Of a DNA stretch of 64,000 nt, positions 44,623-57,127 are shown piece by piece. The DNA is taken from contig OX597835.1 of the NCBI GenBank assembly GCA_951406725.2, positions 27,218,001 through 27,282,000 of the forward strand, in the 5' to 3' direction. The first letter of the stretch is position 1. Every line of letters starts with the position of its first letter. The DNA comes from Octopus vulgaris. Its lineage: Eukaryota. A model generated the notes under the pieces. That model was given only the letters and a program-made list of their open reading frames with translations. It searched no databases and was not told the DNA's origin. Position numbers and translations under genes: made by a program.

Positions 44623-44918
44623 TGGAGGCACATGGCCTAGTAGTTAGAGCAGCAGACTCACGGTCAAGGGATCGTGGGTTCGAATCTCAGACCGGGCGAT
44701 ATGTGTGTTTATGAGCGAAACACCTAAGCTCCGCGTGCTCCGGCACAAGGTAATGGCGAACTTCTGCTGATCCTTTCACCACAACTTTCTCTTACTTTTT
44801 CCTCCTGCATCTTGCAGCTCACCTGCGACAGACCGGCGTCCCGTCCAGGTGGGGAACCTATATGCCAAGGAAACCAGCCCTTATGAACCAGGCATGGCTT
44901 GAGAAGGAACAAACAAAC
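44623..44918 (+). mobile_element. tRNA-derived SINE family 6 (second copy 47185-47478 on minus)
   Basis: A box tggcctagtag, B box ggttcgaatc, and aacaaac tail. Confidence 0.85.
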
Positions 44919-45337
44919 TTGACTGGTCTCACAAAGAGAATACTCTCGACCACCGAAAAATAATCCAGAATATTTGTCCGTTTCCGAATCGATCCCAAGA
45001 TCTAATCAGTTCATGGCAGTCATGAGGCCAAACATCCCTGAAAGTTTCATCCGAATCCATCCAGCGGTTCTTGAGATATCTTGTCTACGGACAAACAAAC
45101 AAACAAACACGACTGAAAAGAATCTCTCCGCCTTCGCTAAGGCGGAGATAATAATCCTTTCTACAATGGGCACAAGGCCTGGAATTTGTGGGGAGGGGAC
45201 TAGTCGGTTACATGTACCCCAGTATGTATCTGGTACTTAATTTATCGACCCGAAAGGATAAAAAGCAAAGTCGACCTCGGCGGAATTTTTAAAGTTTCAC
45301 TTGGAAAGGAACGTGAGAGTGCAGAAGGGAGTGTTCG

Positions 45338-46128
45338 GGTTTAAAAGTTCAAAGTGGACAAAACATTTCACATCCCACCAAACAGATGACACCTTACGTG
45401 GGTAAAGACCTTATTTAGCTTGAGATGCCGGTGTTTCTCCTTTCCCTACCCACTGTCTTCGATGCTAGACATTTTAATAGAGAACCTGTTTCTCGTCACC
45501 AGTCACTATTCGGTCCAAAAAAGGTTCATTGGTGAGATGTGACAGCAAAGGAGAGCACACATTCACTCTCTGCGCGCGATTAGACGGGGAAAGTTTGTGA
45601 GGAACCCATTGACCCAATTTGCTGACTTTTCTGATGAAACACAGATGTCGGTGAATGGTTGAATTACCAAATCGAAGATTCTCTGCTAGTTCCTCAACAG
45701 TTACGATGGAATATTTTCCCCCAGAGTTTTCTGGACGTCCTCGTCGAGCTCTACACATCTTCCAGGACGAGGATCGTCTTCTAGGCTATAGTTTCCGGCT
45801 CGGAATTTCTAGGACCACCGTTTATACTGTCTTACGTTCATTGCCCGAGCCCCATATACTGCATTAATATAACTCGCACTTTCCTTTGCGTGTAATTGCC
45901 TTTGTTGAACTCATAAAGCAAAATATGCCGAATATGCTCCTTTGGCACAGCTTTGAAAAAAAAACTGTTAAAATCGAACTGCACTCTTCAAAACTTGCAC
46001 TAAGAATAAGGACAAGGTAAAATTACTACCTGCTTTTATAGCAAGTTGATGCAAGTAGCTTATCCCGTTCCACTCCGACTCTTAGTTCATGCAATTGAAA
46101 AAAACGCATTATTTATGGGATGACCCAA
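45338..46128 (-). mobile_element. Truncated mariner family B copy (5' TIR plus N-terminal half)
   Basis: Same TIR (atttatgggatgacccaa) at 46128. WVPHKL and VTGDEK motifs. Colinear with 17200-17929. Confidence 0.9.
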
Positions 46129-46205
46129 TGTATGGTTCAAATGTACAGAAGTCAAAAGATAAAGGCAGGTGAAGGAACAAGCAGGTGTGTTGGTTTGAAA
46201 CCCAT

Positions 46206-46255
<50 letters not shown>

Positions 46256-46664
46256 CTTACTTGGAGAAAAGAAACGAAACGACGCGATGGCGCTCAGTCA
46301 TACAATAATTTAATAAATAAAATACATGCATACATACATATATGTACGTACCTACATCTACATGTATATATACATGCATATATATATATATATGAATACA
46401 GGACACCACAAATAAACGTAGAACACAACGAGAAACGAAAGCATAAAAACAACTAGGAAACGGACTTTTTTTAACAACGAAAAAAATCCGTTTCCTAGTT
46501 GTTTTTATGCTTTCGTTTCTCGTTGTGTTCTACGTTTATTTGTGGTGTCCTATTCATATATATATATATGCATGTATATATACATGTAGATGTAGGTACG
46601 TACATATATGTATGCATATATTTTATTTATTAAATTATTATATATATATATATATATATATATA

Positions 46665-47180
46665 CTAGCAGTATCGCCCGGCGTTGCTCGGGTTTGTAAA
46701 GGAAATAACTATATAAGCATTTTTAGAGAGTTACTTCCCTTATAGATGCCAATTCGGGCTTTCTTAGCCATTTCTGTTTTGGTGTCTTCAAGCCATGAAG
46801 TCGTTGTTCTAAAAGAACGCTGGTCTCCTTGACAACGCATTACGACGTTGATTTCCTGAAACTCCCTTCCCCACAGCTTCACGAGGGAGGGAAGAAGGGG
46901 AGAAGCAAACACAGGTGCAGGTGTTTGAGCGTGGACGCCAACTCCGCCGCCATCGACACACGAAAAATTATGCATTAAAATGGAATAAAAAATGATGTTA
47001 AATTATTTTTAAAATCGTAGACTCATCGTAGACGCGCGCTAATAGCCAGACGGGCTTGATATTAATCACGACTATAAGATACCCGAACTTGGTTAAACTG
47101 CACCGCAAAATGTGGGAGTAGTTAGGAATCTAAATCGAAGGGGACAGACACTCACACAACTACAGTTTTATATATATAGA
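46665..47180 (-). mobile_element. Non-autonomous Helitron-like element, copy A
   Basis: On minus: A|TC start, 3' hairpin cccg-agcaacgc-cggg and CTAG|T end. No TSD. Confidence 0.85.
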
Positions 47181-47184
47181 TAAT

Positions 47185-47478
47185 GTTGTTGTTGTTTGTT
47201 TCTTCTCGAGCCACACCTAGCTCATAAGGGCCAGTTTCCTGGTTTCCTTGGCGTATAGGTTCCCCACCTGGACGGGACGTCGGTCTGTCGCAGGTGAGCT
47301 GCAAGAGGAAAGAGTGAGAGAAAGTTGTGGCGAAAGAGTCGGCAGAAGTTCGCCATTACCTTCTGCCGGAGCCGCGTGGAGCTAAGGTGTTTCGCTCATA
47401 AACACACACATCGCCCGGTCTGAGATTCGAACCCGTGATCCCTCGACCACTACTCTAACCACTAGACCGTGTGCCTCT
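47185..47478 (-). mobile_element. SINE family 6 between inverted Helitron copies
   Basis: Reverse complement of 44623-44918, with (aac)n tail. Confidence 0.85.
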
Positions 47479-47488
47479 ACATTATATA

Positions 47489-47994
47489 TCTATATATATA
47501 AAACTCTAGTTGTGTGAGTGTCTGTCCCCTTCGATTTAGATTCCTAACTCCTCCCACATTTTGCGGTGCAGTTTAACCAAATTCGGGTATCTTATAGTCG
47601 TGATTCATATCGAGCCCGTCTGACTATTAGCGCGCGTCAACGATGAGTCTACGATTTTAAAAATAATTTAACATCATTTTTTATTCCATTTTAATGCATA
47701 AAATGCATCGTATGTCGATGGCGGCGGAGTTGGCGTCCACGCTCACAGCTGCACCTGTTTGCTTCTCCCCCTTCCCTCCCTCGTGAAGCTGTGGGGAAGG
47801 GAGTGTAAAGAAATCAACGTCGTAATGCGTTGTGAAGGAAACCAGCGTTCTTTTAGAACAACGACTTCATGGCTTGAAGACACCAAAACAAAAATGGCTA
47901 AGAAAGCCCGAATTTATAAGGGAAGTAACTCTCTAAAAATGCTTATATAGTTATTTCCCTTACAAACCCGAGCAACGCCGGGCGATACTGCTAG
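47489..47994 (+). mobile_element. Non-autonomous Helitron-like element, copy B
   Basis: A|TCTATATATATAAAA start and cccgagcaacgccgggcgatactgCTAG|T end. Confidence 0.87.
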
Positions 47995-47998
47995 TATA

Positions 47999-48510
47999 TC
48001 TATATATATAAAACTGTAGTTGTGTGAGCGTCTGTCCCCTTCGATTTAGATTCCTAACTCCTCCCACATTTTGCGGTGCAGTTTAACCAAATTCGGGTAT
48101 CTTATAGTCGTGATTCATATCGAGCCCGTCTGAGTATTAGCGCGCGTCTACGATGAGTCTACGATTTTAAAAATAATTTAACATCATTTTTTATTCCATT
48201 TTAATGCATAATTTTTCGTGTGTCGATGGCGGCGGAGTTGGCGTCCATGGTCACACCTGCACCTGTTTGCTTCTCCCCCTTTTTCCCTCCCTCGTGAAGC
48301 TGTGGGGAAGGGAGTTTCAGGAAATCAACGTCGTAATGCGTTGTCAAGGAGACCAGCGTTCTTTTAGAACAACGACTTCATGGCTTGAAGACACCAAAAC
48401 AGAAATGGCTAAGAAAGCCCGAATTGGCATCTATAAGGGAAGTAACTCTCTAAAAATGCTTATATAGTTATTTCCCTTACAAACCCGAGCAACGCCGGGC
48501 GATACTGCTA

Positions 48511-48511
<1 letters not shown>
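47999..48511 (+). mobile_element. Non-autonomous Helitron-like element, copy C (head-to-tail with B)
   Basis: Same termini as B, separated from it by only TATA. Confidence 0.87.
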
Positions 48512-48553
<42 letters not shown>

Positions 48554-49799
48554 CATACATACATACATACATACGACCGGCTTCTTTGTTTCCACCTATC
48601 AAATCCACTTACAAGGTTTTAGTCGGCCCGAAACTACAATAAAAATAACTTGCACACGGTAACATTCAATGGGATTGAACCCAGAACGATTTGGTTGAGA
48701 AGCAAACTTCTAACCACACAACCACATCTGCGGCTATTTCAATTTTATAACATTAAGTAACATTGGATTAATTCTATTAACGAAGCTGTTATTTAGTAGT
48801 AATTTAATAATTGTCTCCCTTAGCTGCTAAGGAACACCAATAGTTATTTCCCTTGTTGTCATTCGTTTTATAAGGGAAATAATTTACGATTTTAGGAGAA
48901 TAAAAATATGAAAAGAGTGGAAATTTTACCGGTGTGTGTGTTACATTGTAAGGCACAAAAAGAAAACGACTCTCCCCAGACACAACAGAATTTACATTAA
49001 AAAAATATAAAATGTTGACGATCGGGAAGAAGATGTGCGACTGTATGAGTTAAAAGAATTCAGATATTCCTTAATGATATCAATGTTGGTCAGGGAATAT
49101 CTTCTGGAAGGAGCGATAATATCGGAAAGTTCCAAAAGCTTTGTGATTCCTAATCAAAGTTAACGAAGAGAATGTCCTACAGGAAATTAATCATAGATAC
49201 ATGGGTGTTTTTCAGCATTCTGTAAGACCTGTTCGAGCAGACGATGATCAGAACATTGGCCTTCGTTCTTTCCTTTACCAACTGCTGGCTTCCTTGAGCA
49301 TATTGCTAAACACGACGCCGTCGCCGCTGTCTTTGTTGTCGTCTGCTTCATCATCGTCATCGAAAGGTGGCGAGCTGGCTCGGCCCAACCGTTACCATGC
49401 CAGACAAAATGCTTAGTGATGTTTCTTTTCACCTTTATGTCCTAAGTTCAAATCCTTTCGGGTTCGATTAAATAAGTACCAGTTGAGCACTGGGGTCGAT
49501 ATGATTTGATTATTACACACTAAAAATTATCCAAATATTTTTAGTAACACCTTCAATTACAATTGGGTCAAATTTGAGGAAAATTTTCTTGGAGAAAAAA
49601 AAAAAAATTAGGGTAGGTTACCTGTCACCTGACTATGTTCCAAACTCTCAACTTCACCGATAATTATGCTGACCGATTCTCACTCCTGAAGACGACGCAA
49701 CAGTACAAAATGGTGGTGCAATGCTTGCAAAATATAATAGTTTCAAACAGACAGCAAGAAACTAACACGAAATCAAAAGTTACTCATTTTCCCCCTATT

Positions 49800-49940
49800 T
49801 TACCATTTCATCAACCAAGAGGAGGTGGAAGCTTCAGTAAAGGAGTTCTTTGCCTCAAAGAACAAGAACTGGTATCAAAGAACTGACAAAAAAGGTGGCT
49901 TCAAATGGTGCAACACAATGACCCCTACTTCGAGCGCTAG
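49800..49940 (+). mobile_element. Mariner transposase C-terminal remnant
   Basis: FINQEEVEASVKEFFASKNKNWYQ...KEL.KRWLQMVQHNDPYFE. Confidence 0.7.
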
Positions 49941-51058
49941 GCTGCTTTTGCTGTAAATTGATGAATGAAGCAAATAAGCCACCAAAAAACAAAAATTTTT
50001 TATTTTTTTCATTACAAATGGATTTTTTTTTAAATAAGAAATATTTTTAAATAATTTTTTTTTAAATTTTCAAAATTTTTTAAATAAAAAAAAAACTTTT
50101 GACTCAGCACAACACACTGGATTAATAAAAACATGAGACTTTTTACTTTCATTTTTTTATTTTATTCTTTCCAAAAAAGTTTTTTATTACAAAAGAATCA
50201 GTAACAAGTTCTAGTGGTATTTCCTGTGCTTTTTTAATTAATTAATTTTTTTTCAATTTTTTCAATTTTTCATTACAAATGTTTTTTTTTAAATAAAAAA
50301 TATTTTTAAATAAATTTTTTTTTAATTTTCAAAATGTTTTAAATAAAAAAAAAATTATTAAAATGGTCTCTCTAACATGGGCACAAAGCCACAAAGTTTG
50401 TTTTTTATGGAAAAGGGACAATCGGTCAGATTAAACCCCTGCCTACCCAACACACTTGCCCCAACATCAGTATTTGTACACAGGTACCCATTTTATTGGA
50501 CCCAGAAAGATGAAAGGCAGAAATTGAACCCCACAAGGATTTGAACTCAGAATGTAAAGAAGTATAACTAAACACTGCAAGGCATATTGTCCACCAATCC
50601 ACTGCTCTAATAATAATAATAATAACAATAATAATAATAATCCTTTCTACTATAGGCACAAATGCCCAAAATTTTGTGGGGAAGGAGCGAGTTAATTACA
50701 TCAACCCAGTGCATAGCTGGCACTTATTTTATCAACCCTTAAAGGATGAAAGGCAAAGTGGACCCAGGTGGAATTTGAACTCAAACATGAGGACAGACGA
50801 AATTCCATTAAGGATTTCACCTGGCATGCTAACCATTCTGTCAGCTCACCGCCTTGATAATAATAGTAATTATAATAATAATAATAATCTTTTTTACATC
50901 GACCCCAGTGTTTCACTGGAACTTAATTTATCAACCCCCCAAAAGATGAAAGGCAAAGTCGACCTCAGTGGAATTTGAACTCAGAATGTAGTGACAAGCA
51001 AAATGCCACTAACCATTTCGCCCAGCACACTAATGATTCTGCCAGCTCACCACCTTAA

Positions 51059-51279
51059 CCCTTTAGCATTTAAACCGGCCATATCTGACCAAAAGTATTC
51101 TACCTGTTTTATGTTCAAACTGGCCAGATCTGGTCTCTCACACCAGCCCCACAATATCGTTTTAAAAATCAACAGCTACCTCGTCAAAATCTCATAGGTA
51201 CAAGATAATGCACGATTAGTTCAAAACAATTTGGATGAAAAAGCATTAATTTTGGTAGAATAATGCGAACACTAAAGGG
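51059..51279. mobile_element. piggyBac-like MITE (related copies near 59276-59476, 61040-61240 and partial 53425-53550)
   Basis: TTAA|CCCTTTAG ... CTAAAGGG|TTAA. Internal sequence recurs elsewhere in the window. Confidence 0.8.
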
Positions 51280-51360
51280 TTAATAACAGTAATTAAAATA
51301 ATAATCTTTTCTGCTATAAGGACAAGGCCTGAAATTTTAGATGGGGAGGCTTGCCAATTA

Positions 51361-51603
51361 TACAGGGGTGGCCAAAGATCAACTGACAGCAAATCGAAAC
51401 CATTTAAAACAAAAATTTATTTTAAATAAGACTTCGCTAATAAATAGACAAATGTTGAAAAAAGAAAAAAAAAAAAAAGTGGTGATTTTAACTCACAGCA
51501 TTCAATTATTAAACATTCAGAATTGGAATGAATAAATAAAATTGAATATTAAGTATTTATTGAAATTTGATTTACTGTCGGATGACTTTTGGTCAGCCCT
51601 GTA
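51361..51603. mobile_element. Tc1/mariner-type MITE nested in a SINE
   Basis: Imperfect TIRs tacaggggtggccaaagatcaactgacagcaaatc / gatttactgtcggatgacttttggtcagccctgta with TA ends. Confidence 0.75.
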
Positions 51604-51782
51604 TAATCCCAGTGTATCACTGGTACTTATTTCATCAACCCCGAGGGAATGAAAAGCAAGGTTGATTTCAGCAGAATTTGAATGCAGAACAAAATCACAC
51701 AAAATGCCTCATGCTAACGAATCTGTTTAATTGGTTCTTTATGTTGTCAACCTTAAGAGGATGAAAGGCGAAGTGGATCTGT

Positions 51783-52001
51783 GACGGGGTGCTGGCAAGT
51801 TCCTATCTTCAATAGTATCGCAAAAGGCCTGGTTGGAGGCCCGACCTTCCGAGTTCTTTTACAGGACTTAGAAAAGCTGAAGGGCTGCTGTAATAAATGT
51901 GTGAACCTGAGAGGGGAATATGTTGCATAAAATCATAATTATCCAATCTGTCCATATTTTCTTTTACCCAAAGCCAAGAACTTTTCAGACACACCCTCGT
52001 A
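51783..52001. mobile_element. Mariner-derived MITE (about 215 bp)
   Basis: Ends acggggtgctggcaagttcct / gaacttttcagacacaccctcgta. Homologous to 54590-54809. Confidence 0.7.
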
Positions 52002-52858
52002 CATAGGATTTGAATACACGACATCAAAAACCGTAAGAAGTACTAAAAGGCAAATTTGTCCAATGTTCTCAGAATTCTGTGAATCCACCACCACCACCCT
52101 AAATAATAAGGAATGTTGCTAATATAGGCACAAGACTAGAAGTTTGTAGAAAAGAGAACAAAAGGTTATAACCATCTTAGTACTTGACCGGCGCTTAATT
52201 TTATCAATTCCAAAAGGATGAAACGTAAAGTCCACCTTGGCAGTATTTGAACTTAGAATGTTACAGGAATTATGAAATGCAAACAGAGAAATGGAATGAC
52301 AATAAATAAATAGCAAATGTCAGCAAAAGAGGCGAAAAATGATGACATGAAGGAAATGAAGGCGGTGGGGAAGAGAGATGGTGGGAACAGGGCAAGAATA
52401 TAAACAAGGTACTTTGCCTGGTGTGTGGGGTCTGTTTAGGTTGAATTTAACCATTAATGTATTGCCAATTTTATATGCCTTCCCTTATTTAACATCCATT
52501 TTCTCATGCTCAATTGGGTTGAGATGTGTGTGTGTGTGTGTGTGGCTGTGAGGTAAGAAGCTTGCTTCCCAACCAACCACATGGTTCCGGGTTCAAGTCC
52601 CACTGTGTGGCACCTTGGCCAAGTGTTTTCTACTATAGCCTCGGGCTGACCAAAGCCTTGAGTGGATCTGGTAGGCGGAAACTGAAAGAAGCTTCTCGTA
52701 TAAATATGTGCATATATGTGTGTGTGTGTGTGTGTTCCCAAACACCACTTGACAACTGGTGTTGGTGTGTTTATGTCCCCATAACTTAGCAGTTCAGCTA
52801 AAGAGCCCAATAGAATAAGTATCAGGCTTTAAAAAATTTTAATATTGGGGTGGGTGGG

Positions 52859-52922
<64 letters not shown>

Positions 52923-53629
52923 CATACACACACACACACACACACAATGGGCTTCTTTCAGTTTCCGTCTACTAAATCCATTCACAAGACTTTGGTTGAT
53001 CCAAGACTATAGTAGAAGACACTTGCCCAAGGAGCCACACAGTGGGACTGAACCCAGGGTCATGTGGTTGAGAAGCAGGCTTCTTACCACACAGCCACAA
53101 TGTTTTTCAAAATGGTGTGTTATGATCTGAGGTAGATTTGGCAGCTATTTCTAGCAGGTTAAGTGACTACACATGGCTCGCTTTCATATGATGTGAATTA
53201 GCAGGTGAATGTAGGATAAAGAGTAGACTAGGTCCTTAAATATTTAGGGTGGGGCTGGAATGTCTAGGACTGGAATATAAAGACAACCCCTCCAATGGTC
53301 TCCAAAGTGACACCCTAGGGCAAATATCCCCAACCATCAGGCCATAAACCAGTACTAAGCTGTGGATCATTTTGGTACTGGGCCACACAGAAAGAAAAAA
53401 ATTTTTAAACTTTATTTCTATTTTAACGCTATAGCATTTAAACCGGCCATATTCGGCCTAAATATTCTACCAGTCTTATGTTCAAAACAGCTAGATCTGA
53501 CCTATCACACCTACCGTACAATGTCATTCTAAAAATAAACGATCATATCATTTGTTGTCTGTAAAATATAAACACTGGATAATGTAGTACTAGATCTACA
53601 AAAGATGAAAGACTCCTTAGTTATTTTGA

Positions 53630-54238
53630 GTTTTAGCTGCTATTTTTAGGACCATCAATCAGCCCCATAGAGGTTGCCTCGTTGTCTAAAGATTTGGCTG
53701 ATATTTCTAACAGATCAATACACCATGTAGAGGCTCCTGCATTGCATCAACATTTGGCTGCTATTTCTATTAGGTTGAGCAATAATGTAGAGCCTCCTTC
53801 AATACAATATTTGGTTATTATTTCTAGCAGGTCAATCAACCATGTAAAACTCCCTCATTGCCTCGAAATACGGCTGCCCTTTTTATTATGCTGATCAAGC
53901 ATAGAAAGGATCGATCAGCACAAAATTTGGCTGCTATTTCTACCAGGTCAATTAATCATGTAGAAGCTCCCCCCATGTTACCTTGAGACACTGCTGCTGC
54001 TATTTCTAGCAAGTTAACCGATCACACAGGCACTCTCTCTCACTGCCTTAAGATCATATAGCACAATATTTACCTGCTATTTCTACCTGCCTAATTAAAC
54101 ATGTAGGAGGTCCCATATTGGGTTGAGATTTAGCTGTTATTTCTACCAGATCAATCAGCTACATTCAAACCCACACATTGACTCCAGCATTGGCTGCTAT
54201 TTCTAGCAGGTTGAGCAACCATGTAGAGGCTCCTCAGT
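53630..54238. repeat. Diverged tandem array of about 10 units of about 57-60 bp (tttggctgctatttctagcaggtcaatcaaccatgtagaggctcc)
   Basis: The core gctgctatttcta recurs at about 60-bp spacing. Confidence 0.85.
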
Positions 54239-54306
54239 TTGACTCGTTAGTGAGTTAATCAATTGTTCAATACGTCACCCATTTAGCTATTTTTTTTAGA
54301 CATTCT

Positions 54307-54366
54307 TTTATTTCAAAATGGATTTCATTAAGGAAGTTCTTTGCATTTTTCTTCTTTTTTTTTATT
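54307..54366 (-). promoter_or_regulatory. Candidate polyadenylation signals (two AATAAA on minus) for ARL14EP
   Basis: tttatt at 54307-54312 and 54361-54366, about 1.1 kb past the stop. AATAAA is common in AT-rich DNA, so this is weak. Confidence 0.3.
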
Positions 54367-54589
54367 TTCGAAAAAAAAAACAAAAAAAACAGTGAGTGGG
54401 AAGAATTTTTAACGGCACCAAACTGGTCATATTTAAAAATGTATGAAGAAATGGCAAGAGAAAAAAGCCCCTGAAAATTGTGTTTAACTAGCCCTTTCTG
54501 GGCTGAAACAAGAAAAAAAAAAATTCTGAATATTTAATCTGTGCGTCCCCTTTAAAAAAATGAACTAAACACACACACAAACACATATA

Positions 54590-54806
54590 AATGAAGGGGT
54601 GCTGAAAAGTTCCTGACTTTAAGGGTATTGCAAAAGGCTTGGTTGGAGGCTCAACATTCCAGGTTCTTATACAGGGCTTAGAAAAGGTGAAGGGCCGCTG
54701 CAATAAGTGTATGAATCTGAGAGAGGAACATGTTGAACAAAACCATAATTAACTGATCCTCCTGTATTTTCCTTTACCCAAAACCAGGAACTTTTCGTCA
54801 CCCCTC

Positions 54807-54809
<3 letters not shown>
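54590..54809. mobile_element. Mariner-derived MITE in the putative ARL14EP 3' UTR
   Basis: TIRs gaaggggtgctgaaaagttcctg / caggaacttttcgtcacccctcgta. Internal remnant of a transposase C-terminus. Confidence 0.75.
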
Positions 54810-54849
<40 letters not shown>

Positions 54850-55181
54850 TACATACATACACAAATATATGCTATTAAGTTAGACATGGCCTGGGCCAAT
54901 AATAGCCGAAACCTATCAAAGTATGTATATATAAATACATACACACACACAAATACATACATGCACATACATACACACACATATATATATATACACACAC
55001 AAATACATACATGCACATACATACACACATATATATATATATACACACTCAAATACATACACGCTCACAAATATACACGCTAAATATATATATATATACA
55101 CATACACACACAAACACATACACGCACGCAAATATATATATATATATATATATATACATACACACAAATACATACACGCAC

Positions 55182-55216
<35 letters not shown>

Positions 55217-55289
55217 CACACAAATACATACACGCACACAAATATATATATATATATATATATACATACACACAAATACATACACGCAC

Positions 55290-55332
<43 letters not shown>

Positions 55333-55458
55333 AACACATACACACACACAAATATATACACACACAAATGCATACACGCACACAAATATATATATATATA
55401 TATAACATACATACATGCAAGCATACACACACACATATATACACACAATTGACTAAAG

Positions 55459-55681
55459 TTATGGTAGGGAAGAATTGCTTATCACTAAATTGGTACCTTC
55501 AATTTCTACCAACTCATACACCCATTTACGATTGCAACGGCACTCTGTGCCACATTTTTCGGAGCCACACTTGCGGCAAGGAAAATGACAACCGGGACAG
55601 TCCTCATCCAAGCAGTCGCAGACGTCTTTGCTGTTATCAAGAAGCCGCCCTGCTTCATCATACATCTGGTTCTTTTTCACA
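55459..55681 (-). CDS. ARL14EP: ARL14 effector protein, terminal exon with ARF7EP C-terminal Cys-rich domain (YDEAGRLL...CDCLDEDCPGCHFPCRKCGSEKCGTECRCNRKWVYELVEIEG)
   Basis: Recognisable CDCL-x3-CxGC-x3-CxxCxSxKCGxECRCxRKWxY signature. Acceptor cttttcag. Phase compatible with the 61740 donor (AA+T=Asn). Stop codon ends at 55459. Confidence 0.93.
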
Positions 55682-57127
55682 CTGAAAAGAAAGGAAAAAA
55701 AGGAAAAAAAAAAAGTGAAATGAATAAAAATTAAAAACAGAAAATAAAATTAAATTAGGCATGGCTGTGTGGTAAGAAGCTTGCTTCCCAACCACATGGT
55801 TCTAGGTTCAATCCCACTGCAGAGCACCTTGGGCAAATATTTTTCTCTATAGCCTCAGGTCAACGAAAAGCCATGTGAGTGGATTTGATTTGGTACAAAT
55901 TCCGCCAAGGTCAACTTTGACTTTCATCCTTTCGGGGTCGATGTAATCGACTTAATCCATTTGTCTGTCCCCTCTATGTTTAGCCCCTTGTGGGCAATAA
56001 AGAAATAAGATGGAAACTGAAAGACACCTGCAGTATATAGTGTATGCACGTGTGTGTGTATGTGTGTGTGTCTGCATGAGTACATATGCATATGTGTGTG
56101 TGTGTGTGTGTGTCCCACCACCACTTGACAGTCGGTGTTGGTGTGAAGCACTGAGCTCAATTCATTCATTCAACTAAGAAGTTCAAGGCGGTGCCCCAGC
56201 ATGGCCACAAGTAAAAGACACAAACTGACATCAGTGTCATCAGCCTCTCCTTAATGGCCCCTTTTCTCCCAGGCTTTGCTTGGCTCAAATGGAATTTGCT
56301 GGGACAGATTTTAGATTCTTTTATTCTTTTACTTGTTTCAGTCATTTGACTGCAGCCATGCTGGAGCACTGTCTTTAGGCGAACAAATCAGCCGCAGCAC
56401 TCATTCTTTGTAAGCCTAGTACTTATTCTCTCGGTCTCTGTTGCCGAACCGCTAAGTTACAGGGACGTAAACACACCAACATAGGTTGTCAAGCGTTGGT
56501 GGAGAAACAAGCACAGACATACAAATACACACATATACATACATACACTATATATACATATATCATCATCATCATCATTTAGCATCCGTTTTCCATGCTA
56601 GCATGGGTTGGACGGTTCAACTGGGGTCTGTGAAGCTGGAAGGCTTCGTCAGGCCCAGTCAGATCTGGCAGTGTTTCTACGGCTGGATGCCCTTCCTAAC
56701 GCCAACCACTCCGTGAGTGTAGTGAGTGTTTTTTACGTGCCACCTGCACAGGTGCCAGACAGAGCTGGCAAACGGCCACGAACGGATGGTGCTTTTACGT
56801 GTCACCGGCACGGGGCCAGGCGATGCTGGCACACATACATACATATATATATACATATATATACATACATACATATATATACACATACATACATACATAC
56901 ATACATACACGAGGGGTGTATGAAAAGTCTAAAAATCAAAACATGGTACAAGACTTCTTTGACCAAATCCACAAGATTATGGTAGAAAACACTTGTCCTG
57001 GGAGCCACACAGTGGTTGAGCCCAAAACTATGTGGTTAGGAAGCAAAACTCCTTAAGCACAGTCATGCCTGCATCAATCTGTACTACATTTATATGAATT
57101 TGGTACTGCTGTTAAAAAGCTCCAGGG

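Noticed and set aside
44623-44700. tRNA gene
   Set aside because: A/B boxes are present, but the sequence continues into a repeated SINE body and tail with no proper acceptor stem or terminator.
46709-48467. Three similar 63-88 aa ORFs suggesting a small gene family
   Set aside because: They lie inside non-autonomous Helitron copies and differ by frameshifts. No recognisable domain.
53630-54238. CRISPR array or 20-aa repeat protein (ORF 53682-53894)
   Set aside because: Repeats are too diverged, linkers are short and partly homologous, and stops interrupt the frame. Kept only as a tandem array.
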